Shown here piece after piece: positions 27,581 through 36,263 of a stretch of DNA of 64,000 nt. Position numbers and translations under genes: made by a program. Origin of the DNA: Candidatus Falkowbacteria bacterium (GTDB lineage Bacteria > Patescibacteriota > Patescibacteriia > CAIXNZ01); the NCBI GenBank assembly GCA_963774955.1, contig CAVZGV010000004.1, forward strand, positions 195,522 to 259,521, written 5' to 3'. Below the pieces are notes generated by a model that saw nothing but the letters and a program-made list of their open reading frames with translations, searched no databases and was not told the origin of the DNA. How positions within the stretch are numbered: position 1 is the first letter of the stretch; every line of letters starts with the position of its first letter.

Positions 27581-30477
27581 TAATCCAAGATATTGAGATT
27601 TAAACTATTTGACTGACTGCTCTGGCCTGATTCTTCGGAAAATTGGGCATAGACTTGATAACTGCCGGCTGGCGGCGGGTTTTGCCAGGTAATTGTCATC
27701 TGGTCATTGTTAATATTGAGCACTTCTGCCAATTGAGCTTGGTTGCCACCAAAAGATGCATAGTAAAAAGTAATTTTTTGTAAGCCTTTGGTTTTGGTCA
27801 GGGTAAAATCAATATTAAGCGGGAAATTAGATTGATAAAAAGAGCCATTGTCTCTGGGTGAGATCCAGTTTATCTGGGGCGCGGCATAGGGCAGCATGAT
27901 ATTAACATCTATTTCAAGGCTATTGGCATTATCAATGTCATCATAGGCCGTGGTTTTAAGTTTATGATAGCCATTGGCAACGTCAAGATAGTTTAGATCA
28001 AGACTATAAGGATATTGACTGACCATACCGATAACCTGACCGTCAACTTCGTAAATGACTCTGGAAATTCCGCGTGGAGCGCTAGCCTGAACTTCAAGTC
28101 GGACAGGATATGATTCCAGGGTTTGATTAATTTGAGGTGAAAGCAGGGTAATCGTCGGTCTGTTTTCAAGAATATGAAGGTCATCGAATTCAGTCGGGGC
28201 ATTTTCCGAGATTAATTCAATATTTTGTTCTTTGGCAATTTTTTCAGCCCAGGCTCTGACTCCGTCTTCCCAGGGTTGAAACATCGGATCGCCGGCCGGA
28301 TTTTCCGGGGGTGGACCCTGCGGGTTATCCTTGCTGACATAATATAAAATATCATGATGCTGGTTGAATTTTTTCTTCTCCCGATATGATTCCGGGGTCA
28401 GTGGTGTAGCTAATTTGCCGGAAGCGCGGTCAATTTCCACTTCCTGATCAGAGGGAATAATGCCTCGTAAAATCGGCTGTAAATCTTCTGATAGTGGTTC
28501 GGGAGATTTAAATGATTCTACCGGAGTTCCAGATAAAATTCTGCGCATGTATTCATTCCAAATTGGAGCGGCAACTCTGGAGCCACTGGCGCCATTGGTC
28601 ATATCATCACCATTACTGTTGCCCACCCAGACGCCGGTCACATATGAAGGCGTATAACCGATGGCCCAGGCATCATTATTGTCATTGGTTGTTCCTGTCT
28701 TGGCGCAAACCGGTCGATCTCTTAAGGTCAAAAGCGAGCCAGCGCCAAAAACATAGGCGCGCGCTCCATCATCAGATAAAATGCTGTTTAATTGTCGGGC
28801 AGTATTTTCGCTCCAGACCTTGTGTTTCTTTTCCTGAAATTCTTCCAAAACCTGGCCGCTTTTATCTTCAACCTTTAATATCGCGGCAATTTCTGCGCGT
28901 TCTCCGTCACGGGCAAAGGCGGTGAAGGCGCCGACATGATCAATTAGTTTGACTTCGCAGCCGCCCAAGACCAAAGATAAGCCGCACTGGGTTTTTTCAT
29001 TAATAGTTGAATACCCCAGGCTCATCATAATACCCTTGACGTACTCAATGCCGGCTAAATATAGAGTTTTTACTGCAGGAATGTTTAATGACCCGGCTAA
29101 AGATTTGCGCATAGTCAGAGGACCGCGTTCCTTTTTATCAAAATCCATGGGCGCATAGGGTTTGGGATCTGACGGAAAGGTTGTATTGGTATCGTATAAC
29201 ACAGTTTCGGTCGTATAGCCTTTTTCAAAGGCAGAAGCATAAACAACAGGTTTAATTGATGAACCAGGTTGTCTGGGCATAATTGAGACATTAACCTGGC
29301 CGTCTATTTCGTCATTATTAAAGTCCTGAGAGCCGACCATGGCCAGGATTTCACCGGTTTTGGCGTCAACAGAGACTAAGGCTGCATTGGTAGCATTATA
29401 TTTTAAATTATTTTCATTGGCATTGGTCACTGCTTCTTCGGCAATCAATTGTTTTTCAATATCTAAAGTGGTAATAACTTTCAGTCCGCCCTGGTCAACC
29501 AGTGTTTCACCAAGTTTTTCCGCTAATAATTCTTTAACATAAAATACAAAATGTGGCGCCACTAAACCGCTTAATTTTTCTTTTTTAAATTCAAGTTTCT
29601 CCTCTTTAGCCGCAGCCGCTTCTTCTTTGGTAATCCAGCCGATTTCAGCCATCTGATCAAGAATCCAATGTTGGCGTGCAAAAAGCTGGTCAGTATGAGA
29701 ACCATAGGGAGACATCCTGGTGGGAGCCTGTGGAATGGCAGCTAAAATAGCGGCTTCAGCCAGAGTAACATCACTCGCATGCTTGCCAAAGAAATAATTA
29801 GAGGCTGATTCAACACCATAATTTACCGAACCGTAAGGGATTTCATTAAAATACATTTTTAAAATTTGGTCCTTGGTAAACTTTCTTTCAATCTGATAGG
29901 ACAAAATCCATTCTTTTATTTTTCTGGCAATACTGCGCTCATTGGTTAAAATGGCATTTTTGACAAACTGTTGGGTTAAAGTCGAGCCGCCTCTGACACC
30001 TTTGCCTCGTAGGGGATCTAAAATTACACCCTGGATAATAGAAAAGAAATTAATGCCGTGATGTTCATAAAAATGGCGGTCTTCAGCAGCCAAAGTCGCT
30101 TTTATTATATAATCATTAATTTTGTCCAGTTCAATTACGGTTCTTTTTTCATCACCGTGAATTTCCCAAAGCAAGGTTTCGCCTTTGCGGTCGTAAATTT
30201 TTGTAGATTCTGAGATTACGCGGTCAATAACCTTGTTGGGATCAGGCAGCTGTCCAGAATACCAGGCCACGGCTCCGACAAAGAAAATGCCACCCAATAA
30301 AAAAAGAAATATAGCGGCAACAACTGCTATTTTTACAATTTTTACAGGGTCAATTTTATGTTTTTTGGAGGAGCTTAAAACCAGGGCTTTAAGCTTGGCC
30401 AATAGCCCCTGTTTTTTAAGGCGTTTTTTATACTTTTCCCAGTTCTTTGGTGATTGGGTTAAGTTTGGAATAGGCAT
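27580..30477 (-). CDS. Class A penicillin-binding protein (PBP1A-type glycosyltransferase GT51 plus transpeptidase), with a C-terminal beta-rich extension
   Basis: GT51 motifs 'EDRHFYEHHGI' and 'RGGSTLTQQ'. Transpeptidase motifs 'SSIKP' (SxxK), 'SLN' and 'KTGTT'. N-terminal transmembrane anchor. 965 aa. Confidence 0.85.
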   Translation of the reverse strand: MPIPNLTQSPKNWEKYKKRLKKQGLLAKLKALVLSSSKKHKIDPVKIVKIAVVAAIFLFLLGGIFFVGAVAWYSGQLPDPNKVIDRVISESTKIYDRKGETLLWEIHGDEKRTVIELDKINDYIIKATLAAEDRHFYEHHGINFFSIIQGVILDPLRGKGVRGGSTLTQQFVKNAILTNERSIARKIKEWILSYQIERKFTKDQILKMYFNEIPYGSVNYGVESASNYFFGKHASDVTLAEAAILAAIPQAPTRMSPYGSHTDQLFARQHWILDQMAEIGWITKEEAAAAKEEKLEFKKEKLSGLVAPHFVFYVKELLAEKLGETLVDQGGLKVITTLDIEKQLIAEEAVTNANENNLKYNATNAALVSVDAKTGEILAMVGSQDFNNDEIDGQVNVSIMPRQPGSSIKPVVYASAFEKGYTTETVLYDTNTTFPSDPKPYAPMDFDKKERGPLTMRKSLAGSLNIPAVKTLYLAGIEYVKGIMMSLGYSTINEKTQCGLSLVLGGCEVKLIDHVGAFTAFARDGERAEIAAILKVEDKSGQVLEEFQEKKHKVWSENTARQLNSILSDDGARAYVFGAGSLLTLRDRPVCAKTGTTNDNNDAWAIGYTPSYVTGVWVGNSNGDDMTNGASGSRVAAPIWNEYMRRILSGTPVESFKSPEPLSEDLQPILRGIIPSDQEVEIDRASGKLATPLTPESYREKKKFNQHHDILYYVSKDNPQGPPPENPAGDPMFQPWEDGVRAWAEKIAKEQNIELISENAPTEFDDLHILENRPTITLLSPQINQTLESYPVRLEVQASAPRGISRVIYEVDGQVIGMVSQYPYSLDLNYLDVANGYHKLKTTAYDDIDNANSLEIDVNIMLPYAAPQINWISPRDNGSFYQSNFPLNIDFTLTKTKGLQKITFYYASFGGNQAQLAEVLNINNDQMTITWQNPPPAGSYQVYAQFSEESGQSSQSNSLNLNILD

Positions 30478-30583
30478 AAAAATAACTGATAACTTATAGC
30501 TAAGAACTAATAACGTTGGAGTTATTAATTAGAATTATAGTTTATTTTGGCTAAAATTTCAAGTGTTAATGAATTATACAATT

Positions 30584-31348
30584 TTATTTTACTTCCAGGT
30601 TTACAATATCTTTTCTTTCCCAAGCCAGATTAAATATCTGCCTTAGGGCATCGGCGATATCAGGATTATTTATGACAATGCCCTGGGCATAGCGGTGGGA
30701 GGTTATTTGCACGAATTTATCAAAAATCTCAATAGAGATATTGCTGTCATATTTATTTCTATCCAATAATTTAAGGTTAATTAAATTGTATTTAGGATCT
30801 TGGTGTTTTATATATTCATGAATTGTCGGGTCATCAACAGTAAGTCCCTTTATTCTTATCTTAGCCCGTCTCATGGCTTCATTTACTTCAGGCCAGTAAG
30901 CCAATAATGCCGGGTCAGTGTCGCGGCTATGAGCAAAAAAAGCAGAGATGGGAGCATCTTTTTTATATGCCTTAATACCTTTGGCATACATATCTTTTAT
31001 GCCGGCTAAACCTTCATAATAGGTAACACTGACTTCATTTTTCTTGCCTTTCCTTAAAGCCTTTAATTCACCAAGTGCTTCTTGCGCAGTCTGCAATTTG
31101 CTTTGCGCCTGGGCAAAAAGATCTTCCGGCGGAGTCGCAACATACTGCAGTACCTTTTCGCGGGGGATTTTGGTGACTGCGCTTTTATCAATCAATTCAT
31201 CTAAAATCACATAAGTCGTGGATTTTTTAATCTGGCTATGCTTGGACACTTGATAGGCAGTAGCCTTGCCAAGCTGAAGCAGGCTCAAATACGTTTGGGC
31301 CTGTTTTTCGTTTAAACCGATATTTTTAAGTGATTGTATAAGATCCAT
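30584..31348 (-). CDS. TrmB-family transcriptional regulator (N-terminal winged HTH plus C-terminal domain)
   Basis: 'KQAQTYLSLLQLGKATAYQVSKHSQIKKSTTYVILDELIDKSAV' HTH. 254 aa. Confidence 0.5.
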   Translation of the reverse strand: MDLIQSLKNIGLNEKQAQTYLSLLQLGKATAYQVSKHSQIKKSTTYVILDELIDKSAVTKIPREKVLQYVATPPEDLFAQAQSKLQTAQEALGELKALRKGKKNEVSVTYYEGLAGIKDMYAKGIKAYKKDAPISAFFAHSRDTDPALLAYWPEVNEAMRRAKIRIKGLTVDDPTIHEYIKHQDPKYNLINLKLLDRNKYDSNISIEIFDKFVQITSHRYAQGIVINNPDIADALRQIFNLAWERKDIVNLEVK

Positions 31349-31576
31349 ATGTTTATGACAAGCCGCAACTAATATGTCATGGTGAGCTTTATCGATTCAG
31401 GAGATTTTAAGGGACAAGCCCTAAAATCAAAGCATTCAAAACTTACATTTCTATTATAGCACACCCTGAAAAAATAGTCAATATTTTTGACGAATGTGAA
31501 ATGAGTAATTTAAGCAATATGGCTAATATTCGTAGAAATAACTTCCTATTTATATTCGCATTATTAGTCATAAGTC

Positions 31577-31605
31577 TTGACAAAATTTCAAAGATATGCT
31601 ATACT
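31577..31605 (+). promoter_or_regulatory. Consensus sigma70-type promoter (TTGACA-17-TATACT) driving the first gene of the G+C-rich island
   Basis: TTGACA at about 31577-31582 and TATACT at about 31600-31605 with a 17-nt spacer. A ~120 nt leader runs to the ATG at 31726. Confidence 0.45.
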
Positions 31606-31725
31606 GCTATATCAGGCTGAGACAGGGACAACCTAGTTCAAGCTTGAAAACAACGAAAACCAAGTTCTTTAAAGATAAACATACCCTCAACAGTCCGGCA
31701 ATGCGCGGATAAAAAGGAGAGACTG

Positions 31726-32163
31726 ATGATTTCTTATAAGGTTATCGTGGATTATACCCTGACCCTGGCCGAAATGATCGTTGCTGGCAACCATGGGCGG
31801 TTCTGGGATGAGAATGATGATTCCCGCTTTCCGCTTCAGGGAACTGGTCAGCATGAAGTGGAACTGGTTCTGGTTCCAGTTTATCTGAATCAGGATGTCG
31901 AGACTTGGGATGTTCTGGAATATATGGACAGTCAAGGCTTGGAACCGGCCAACATCGAGCAGTTGCTCGCCTTTGGCACGACGTATCCGAAAATTCGCAG
32001 AGAATTTTCGATAGTCGCCCTTGGGTCATCCACAAAGGGTAGATATCATCGATACTATCCGTGTCTGGTGAGTTACGATGGCCGACGTGATCTACACCTC
32101 TGCCAGACTGATGACCACCCTTGGGATGGCGAAAGTTTTTTTCTAGCCGTCCGCACAAAATAA
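31726..32163 (+). CDS. Hypothetical protein, family A (cytoplasmic paralog of 36264-36800)
   Basis: Shine-Dalgarno 'aaaaaggagag'. Alignable with the 36264 protein (YK.xVxY.L...EM..A.N, ...VP..., GL..AN..QLLA, IVA.GS). Markedly G+C-richer than the genome. Confidence 0.5.
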   Translation: MISYKVIVDYTLTLAEMIVAGNHGRFWDENDDSRFPLQGTGQHEVELVLVPVYLNQDVETWDVLEYMDSQGLEPANIEQLLAFGTTYPKIRREFSIVALGSSTKGRYHRYYPCLVSYDGRRDLHLCQTDDHPWDGESFFLAVRTK

Positions 32164-32173
32164 AGTTGCATCA

Positions 32174-32260
32174 GGGGAGAAAACAGAGAACAATATCTGT
32201 TTTGCTCCCCACCTAAATTTAGTCTTTAAGAGAATCTTGAAGATTGAAATGTAGGGGTTC
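32174..32260 (+). repeat. Island cassette element copy A (CCCC-ended hairpin, then ACCTAAATTTAGTCTTTAAG, then TTGAAAtgtAGG..GTTCTTTA)
   Basis: Shares the hairpin and both conserved blocks with the copies at about 33204-33290 and 34000-34080. A degenerate copy lies at about 32927-32990. Confidence 0.5.
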
Positions 32261-32310
32261 TTTAAACCAAAACAATCAAACTGTCAGTTAGCTGACAAAA
32301 GGAGTTTATC

Positions 32311-32553
32311 ATGCAGACTTTTGCTAAGGTTAACGTTTGTGGTAATCGGGTACGCACCATTCAGATCCAGGGGCAGAAATTGCCCTCGGGCATATCTGAT
32401 CAAGTGTGGAGCTTGAACGGGCTTTTAGAAGCCCTCAAGTTCTACCCCAACGTGCAGTTCAGACGTTGGGTCCGGGAGTATCGGGTTTACACCAGGTGGT
32501 TGCCTCTGAACTGCTTGCCCGTAAAACTCCTGGAGCTGGTCAGGCCCCGCTAG
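32311..32553 (+). CDS. Hypothetical small protein (80 aa)
   Basis: Shine-Dalgarno 'caaaaggag'. Follows cassette copy A. Confidence 0.35.
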   Translation: MQTFAKVNVCGNRVRTIQIQGQKLPSGISDQVWSLNGLLEALKFYPNVQFRRWVREYRVYTRWLPLNCLPVKLLELVRPR

Positions 32554-33203
32554 GTGTGAGCGAAATTACACTAAGTCTTCGGAAAGATTCCGAAGCCCGA
32601 TTAACTTATTCAGTTGATTGGCAAGTATCTCCCTTAAAAAAGGAGATAAATGGGGAGTAACATATAACTCCCCTCTAAGTTTTAGACTTGCAATTGGCAT
32701 ATAGCTGATTGAAAGCCTGAAAGATTGGATTTTAGCTCTTTAAAACATCCACCCGCAACCAGTTCGCCAAAGGCGGACAAGGAGGGAACGATGATTATCA
32801 AGTTTATCGGCATTATGGCGTCCCTGGGCGTTCCGTATCTCGAAGGTCGCTTCGAGGACGGGCTCATCCGAGCCTACATTCTGCCGAACGGCAATGTCAT
32901 CGAGGTAAAACTCGAGTGACCTTGCCTCTTATATTTAGTCTTTCAAATGGCTTTGGCTGGTTGAAAGATTGAAACATAGGTCTGAAGTAAATTAAATCTA
33001 TGTAACCACGGGAGTAAGGATACAAACCCTTTACTCCTCAGGCGGTCAGAGTAATTAACTGGCCATTACCCTTGCCGTCATTTGCCGATGCGAGAAAAGG
33101 CAATGCAATTCTTGGGGAAGATCCGAAGCGCGCTAGGGACTACGCGGACAATATCAGCCCCTGGGGGAAGTAGGAGCCTTCCCCAGAGTTATTTCAAAAA
33201 GCT

Positions 33204-33290
33204 GGGGAAATGCATATAATGCTTTCCCCACCTAAATTTAGTCTTTAAGTTAATAACTTAAAGTTTGAAATATAGGTTTGAGTTCTTTAC
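33204..33290 (+). repeat. Island cassette element copy C
   Basis: 'GGGGAAATGCATATAATGCTTTCCCC' hairpin followed by ACCTAAATTTAGTCTTTAAG ... TTGAAATATAGGTTTGAGTTCTTTA. Confidence 0.5.
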
Positions 33291-33342
33291 ATTTTTTATC
33301 ATACCCAGCCATTCCGTTATACGGGATAAAAAGGAGATTCTC

Positions 33343-33963
33343 ATGGCAGCTGCAAAACCAGCTTCAAGTTCCAGGTCTGTTTCTCGTTCCCAGTCGGTTG
33401 CTAGCTCGGAAAGTTATTACCAGGCAGCGGCTGAACCAGAGGCGGTAAGCGTACCAAAAGCCATGGCGCAAGCGCAGGCACAAGCTGAAGCAGTGGCAGA
33501 GGCAATGCTTGTCATTGTCTGTGAATGCTGCGACGCGATATTGGGCATGATTGCGGATACAGCGCGTCCGCCGATTGAAATGCGTTGCCCGCATTGCGGA
33601 TATGCATTTATGCTATATCAGACGCCCAGATGGAATTTTGATTATCCGCAGTGGGCAGTTCCAGCTTGCGACAAAGAGGTCATTGAGAAAAATCCTAAGC
33701 CTGACCAAAATCAAGGAGGCATTAGAATGGAAATCACCACCGGTTGTGGCATTGGCTGGTACCAGCAGCTGGGCTGTATCGTCATCAACAACCCTTTGGG
33801 ACAGAGAATGTTCTGGCCGAACGGCGATGACAAAAAGTCCGTGTCCTTGATCAAGGATGAAAATGATTTCTTTGCTTTCGCGGAAATCATTGCCGAGATC
33901 AACGGAATGAAGATCGTTGAGGCCAAAAGATTCCACTACGGCCCGATGTTCTTCTTGGGTTAA
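33343..33963 (+). CDS. Zn-ribbon protein with an Ala/Ser/Gln-rich N-terminus and a C-terminal ~75 aa 'GCGxGWYQQ...GPMF' domain (family B)
   Basis: Shine-Dalgarno 'aaaaaggag' before the ATG at 33343. 'CECCDA...CPHCG' zinc-ribbon-like motif. The C-terminal domain is duplicated as a stand-alone gene at 34867-35106. Confidence 0.5.
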   Translation: MAAAKPASSSRSVSRSQSVASSESYYQAAAEPEAVSVPKAMAQAQAQAEAVAEAMLVIVCECCDAILGMIADTARPPIEMRCPHCGYAFMLYQTPRWNFDYPQWAVPACDKEVIEKNPKPDQNQGGIRMEITTGCGIGWYQQLGCIVINNPLGQRMFWPNGDDKKSVSLIKDENDFFAFAEIIAEINGMKIVEAKRFHYGPMFFLG

Positions 33964-33999
33964 TAAACCTAGCCGCCACTTGCGAGCGAAATCGCAAAA

Positions 34000-34080
34000 G
34001 GGGAGTAAAATGAAAATTTTGCTCCCCACCTAAATTCTGTCTTTAAGATAACTTCTTAAAGTTTGAAATATAGGTAAGCG
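34000..34080 (+). repeat. Island cassette element copy D
   Basis: 'GGGGAGTAAAATGAAAATTTTGCTCCCC' hairpin followed by ACCTAAATTCTGTCTTTAAG ... TTGAAATATAGGTAAGCGTTCTTAAA. Confidence 0.5.
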
Positions 34081-34121
34081 TTCTTAAAACGTTAATTGTC
34101 TGATAAACAAGGAGGAATCTG

Positions 34122-34325
34122 ATGAAATACCACGAAGTGGCTCGTAAATTGATCCTGCTTGGTTGTCGGGAAATCATGACCAAGGGCGGACAACACCGTA
34201 AATGGGTTAACCCGCAAACACAGGCCATGGCAGTCCTACCTTATTGGGGTTCCAAGGAACTCAAATCTGGTACGGTCAAAGCTGTGTTCCGACGTCTTGG
34301 GGTTAACGAATATTGCAACTGTTAG
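34122..34325 (+). CDS. hicA: HicA-family mRNA interferase toxin (YcfA-like)
   Basis: 67 aa. 'KYHEVARKLILLGCREIMTKGGQHRKWVNPQTQAMAVLPYWGSKELKSGTVKAVFRRLGV' fits the HicA pattern (KGSH-like 'GGQHRK', followed by 'G.K.L..GT....L'). Shine-Dalgarno 'aaggagg'. Confidence 0.6.
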   Translation: MKYHEVARKLILLGCREIMTKGGQHRKWVNPQTQAMAVLPYWGSKELKSGTVKAVFRRLGVNEYCNC

Positions 34326-34372
34326 CAACTGCCGCCTATCTCGGCGGGGTAAAAATTGATTAGGAGAAAAAA

Positions 34373-34843
34373 ATGAGTCCAATGATGATGTGTCCGGTTT
34401 ATCGTCCGGAACCAGAGAGGACGCCTGTCATGGAATCCCGGCCTCAGCTGAGGGCAGAAACAGACAAGGATAAAATTACCCGATTCTTTGGGGATTTTAC
34501 TTCCACACCATTGGCCGTTTGTCCTTCGTGTAAGCATGAACTGACAGACGAAGAAATCAGGAAGGGTTTTTCCACTGACCCGCTTGATTTCAACACCACC
34601 TGTCCTAAGTGTGGAACACGATTCTTCGCCTCTCTGATTATCAGCGTTGACGGTAGGGTGGTTGAGCAAATCACTTACTTCTGCCCTGATCAGACTCTAC
34701 ATCAAATGAAGACTATCAAAGTCGAGCGCGGCAGAATCGGTATTGTCTACCTTGGCAAACATGATCGGCAGCTTTTCTTCAACATCGTCAGGCATTTTCG
34801 CACTTACAACCAAGGTCTTAAAAGACTGAAACTTCTGGTCTAA
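34373..34843 (+). CDS. Hypothetical Zn-ribbon protein (156 aa). It sits where a HicB partner would be expected but is not HicB-like.
   Basis: Shine-Dalgarno 'aggag'. 'CPSCKHE...CPKCG' four-Cys motif. Confidence 0.4.
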   Translation: MSPMMMCPVYRPEPERTPVMESRPQLRAETDKDKITRFFGDFTSTPLAVCPSCKHELTDEEIRKGFSTDPLDFNTTCPKCGTRFFASLIISVDGRVVEQITYFCPDQTLHQMKTIKVERGRIGIVYLGKHDRQLFFNIVRHFRTYNQGLKRLKLLV

Positions 34844-34866
34844 CTATGAGGTAAAGGAGCTTAAGG

Positions 34867-35106
34867 ATGATAATGATTACCAGTGGCTGTGGCCTCGGTT
34901 GGTACCAGCAGCTTGAATGCATTGTCGTCAATGATCCTTCAGGGCAGAGAATCTTCTGGCCGAACGGTGATGACAAACGCATTTGTAGTTTGATTCATGA
35001 TGAAAGCGAGTTCTATGCTTTTGTCGAAATCATCGCCGAACTTAACGGGCTGAAGATCGTTGAGGCTAAAAGGTACCACTATGGCCCGATGTTCATTCTT
35101 GGCTAA
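34867..35106 (+). CDS. Stand-alone family B domain protein (79 aa)
   Basis: Aligns along its whole length with the C-terminus of the 33343-33963 protein ('TSGCGLGWYQQLECIVVNDPSGQRIFWPNGDDK...IVEAKRYHYGPMFILG'). Followed by the conserved 'CCGCCAnTTGCGAGCG..AATCGCAA' hairpin, as is its paralog. Confidence 0.5.
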   Translation: MIMITSGCGLGWYQQLECIVVNDPSGQRIFWPNGDDKRICSLIHDESEFYAFVEIIAELNGLKIVEAKRYHYGPMFILG

Positions 35107-35215
35107 TTAAAATAAACCGCCAGTTGCGAGCGGGAATCGCAACAGAAAGAACCAGGTGTAAAATCGGTTCAAAAAAGAGCCAGGTGTGAAACCGGCTCTT
35201 TTATATTTGCTCAGA

Positions 35216-35479
35216 TTATTTTTCAAGCGCTTCTGTAAAACGTTCTCGTAATTTTTTTATACCATCCTTAAATTCTCCTTTTTTATCATCATCAAGTTCT
35301 TCCAGCTTTTTTATGGCGTCATTAATTTCTTCTTTGAGTCCTTCCAGCGGCTTATTGTCTTTAATCAGGTTTTCAAGTTTATGTAACAACCCTTGAATTC
35401 TGGTGATTTCTTTGGTTGTTCTTTCGAGATCAGTGCGTCTTTCTTTGCCTGATTCAAAAAATCCAGATTCGATGCCCAT
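35216..35479 (-). CDS. Small coiled-coil protein (87 aa, Glu/Lys-rich)
   Basis: On the same strand as ruvC and immediately downstream of it. Heptad-like 'LLHKLENLIKDNKPLEGLKEEINDAIKKLEEL'. Confidence 0.35.
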   Translation of the reverse strand: MGIESGFFESGKERRTDLERTTKEITRIQGLLHKLENLIKDNKPLEGLKEEINDAIKKLEELDDDKKGEFKDGIKKLRERFTEALEK

Positions 35480-35504
35480 AGGATTTTAAGGTTAATTATT
35501 AAAA

Positions 35505-36020
35505 TTATTTAATTTTATCGAGAAAATTTTTAGCCTGCAAATAGGTAAGCGCAATAGCCAAAGCATCAGCCGCGTCATCTGGTTTGGGAATGGTTCTGAG
35601 TTTAAGTAATATTTTGACCATATTCTGCACCTGGCATTTGTCTGCCTGGCCATAGCCGCAGACAGCCTGCTTGACCTGCAGGGGGGTAAATTCAAAAAGT
35701 GGGAGTTTGTTTAGAATTGCGGTCAGTAAAATTACTCCACGGGCTTGGCCGACATTAAGCGCAGTTTTAACGTTTTTCGCAAAGTATAATTGTTCCACGC
35801 AAACAGCATCTGGTTTATACTTTTTCATAATCTTGCTTAAAGCCTGATGCAGATATTTTAAGCGTTCAGAAAATTCCTGTTTGGTTGTGGTGGTAATGAC
35901 GCCATAATCCAAAACTTCCAGCTCTTTATTTTTTTCCGTAATCAAAGCAAAGCCCGTGGTGGCAAAGCCGGGATCGATGCCGAGGATGGTGAAGGGGGAA
36001 TTGGGTTTAGATTGGGACAT
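35505..36020 (-). CDS. ruvC: Holliday-junction resolvase RuvC
   Basis: 'ILGIDPGFATTGFALI', catalytic Asp/Glu pattern. 171 aa. Confidence 0.85.
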   Translation of the reverse strand: MSQSKPNSPFTILGIDPGFATTGFALITEKNKELEVLDYGVITTTTKQEFSERLKYLHQALSKIMKKYKPDAVCVEQLYFAKNVKTALNVGQARGVILLTAILNKLPLFEFTPLQVKQAVCGYGQADKCQVQNMVKILLKLRTIPKPDDAADALAIALTYLQAKNFLDKIK

Positions 36021-36047
36021 AATTTATTTATATTGAAGTTTAGGAAT

Positions 36048-36109
36048 CACGGATAATGTTCACGGATTGCACGGATGTTGATCCTTGAGATCCGTGATAA
36101 AAATCCGTG
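36048..36109. promoter_or_regulatory. Cluster of CACGGAT direct and ATCCGTG inverted heptamers in the divergent ruvC / family-A promoter region
   Basis: Three CACGGAT copies (about 36048, 36061, 36070) and two ATCCGTG copies (about 36090, 36103) within roughly 62 bp, beginning about 30 bp upstream of the ruvC start codon. Confidence 0.35.
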
Positions 36110-36263
36110 GTTTAGAGGCTTTCATACATTCAGTCTACCAAATCTTCCTATTATTGACAAAAAGTTTTTTTAATTGTAAGTTTGGGGTAGTTACTCAAGT
36201 GTCCTTTTAACATATTTGGGGTAAACCAGCTAACATGTGCCATTCATGGCAGGAGGTGCAATC

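Noticed and set aside
28512-28925. 137-aa plus-strand ORF inside the PBP1A gene, plus other internal ORFs (27993-28202, 28949-29158, 29339-29542, 30233-30499)
   Set aside because: Each is embedded in a 965-aa ORF carrying every PBP motif. The internal ORFs have odd composition (His/Arg/Cys-rich).
31742-32158. 138-aa minus-strand ORF overlapping 31726-32163
   Set aside because: It has no ribosome-binding site and is antisense to a gene that has a consensus promoter and Shine-Dalgarno sequence. The same reasoning applies to 33613-34029, 33364-33594, 34322-34669 and 34444-34674 within the island.
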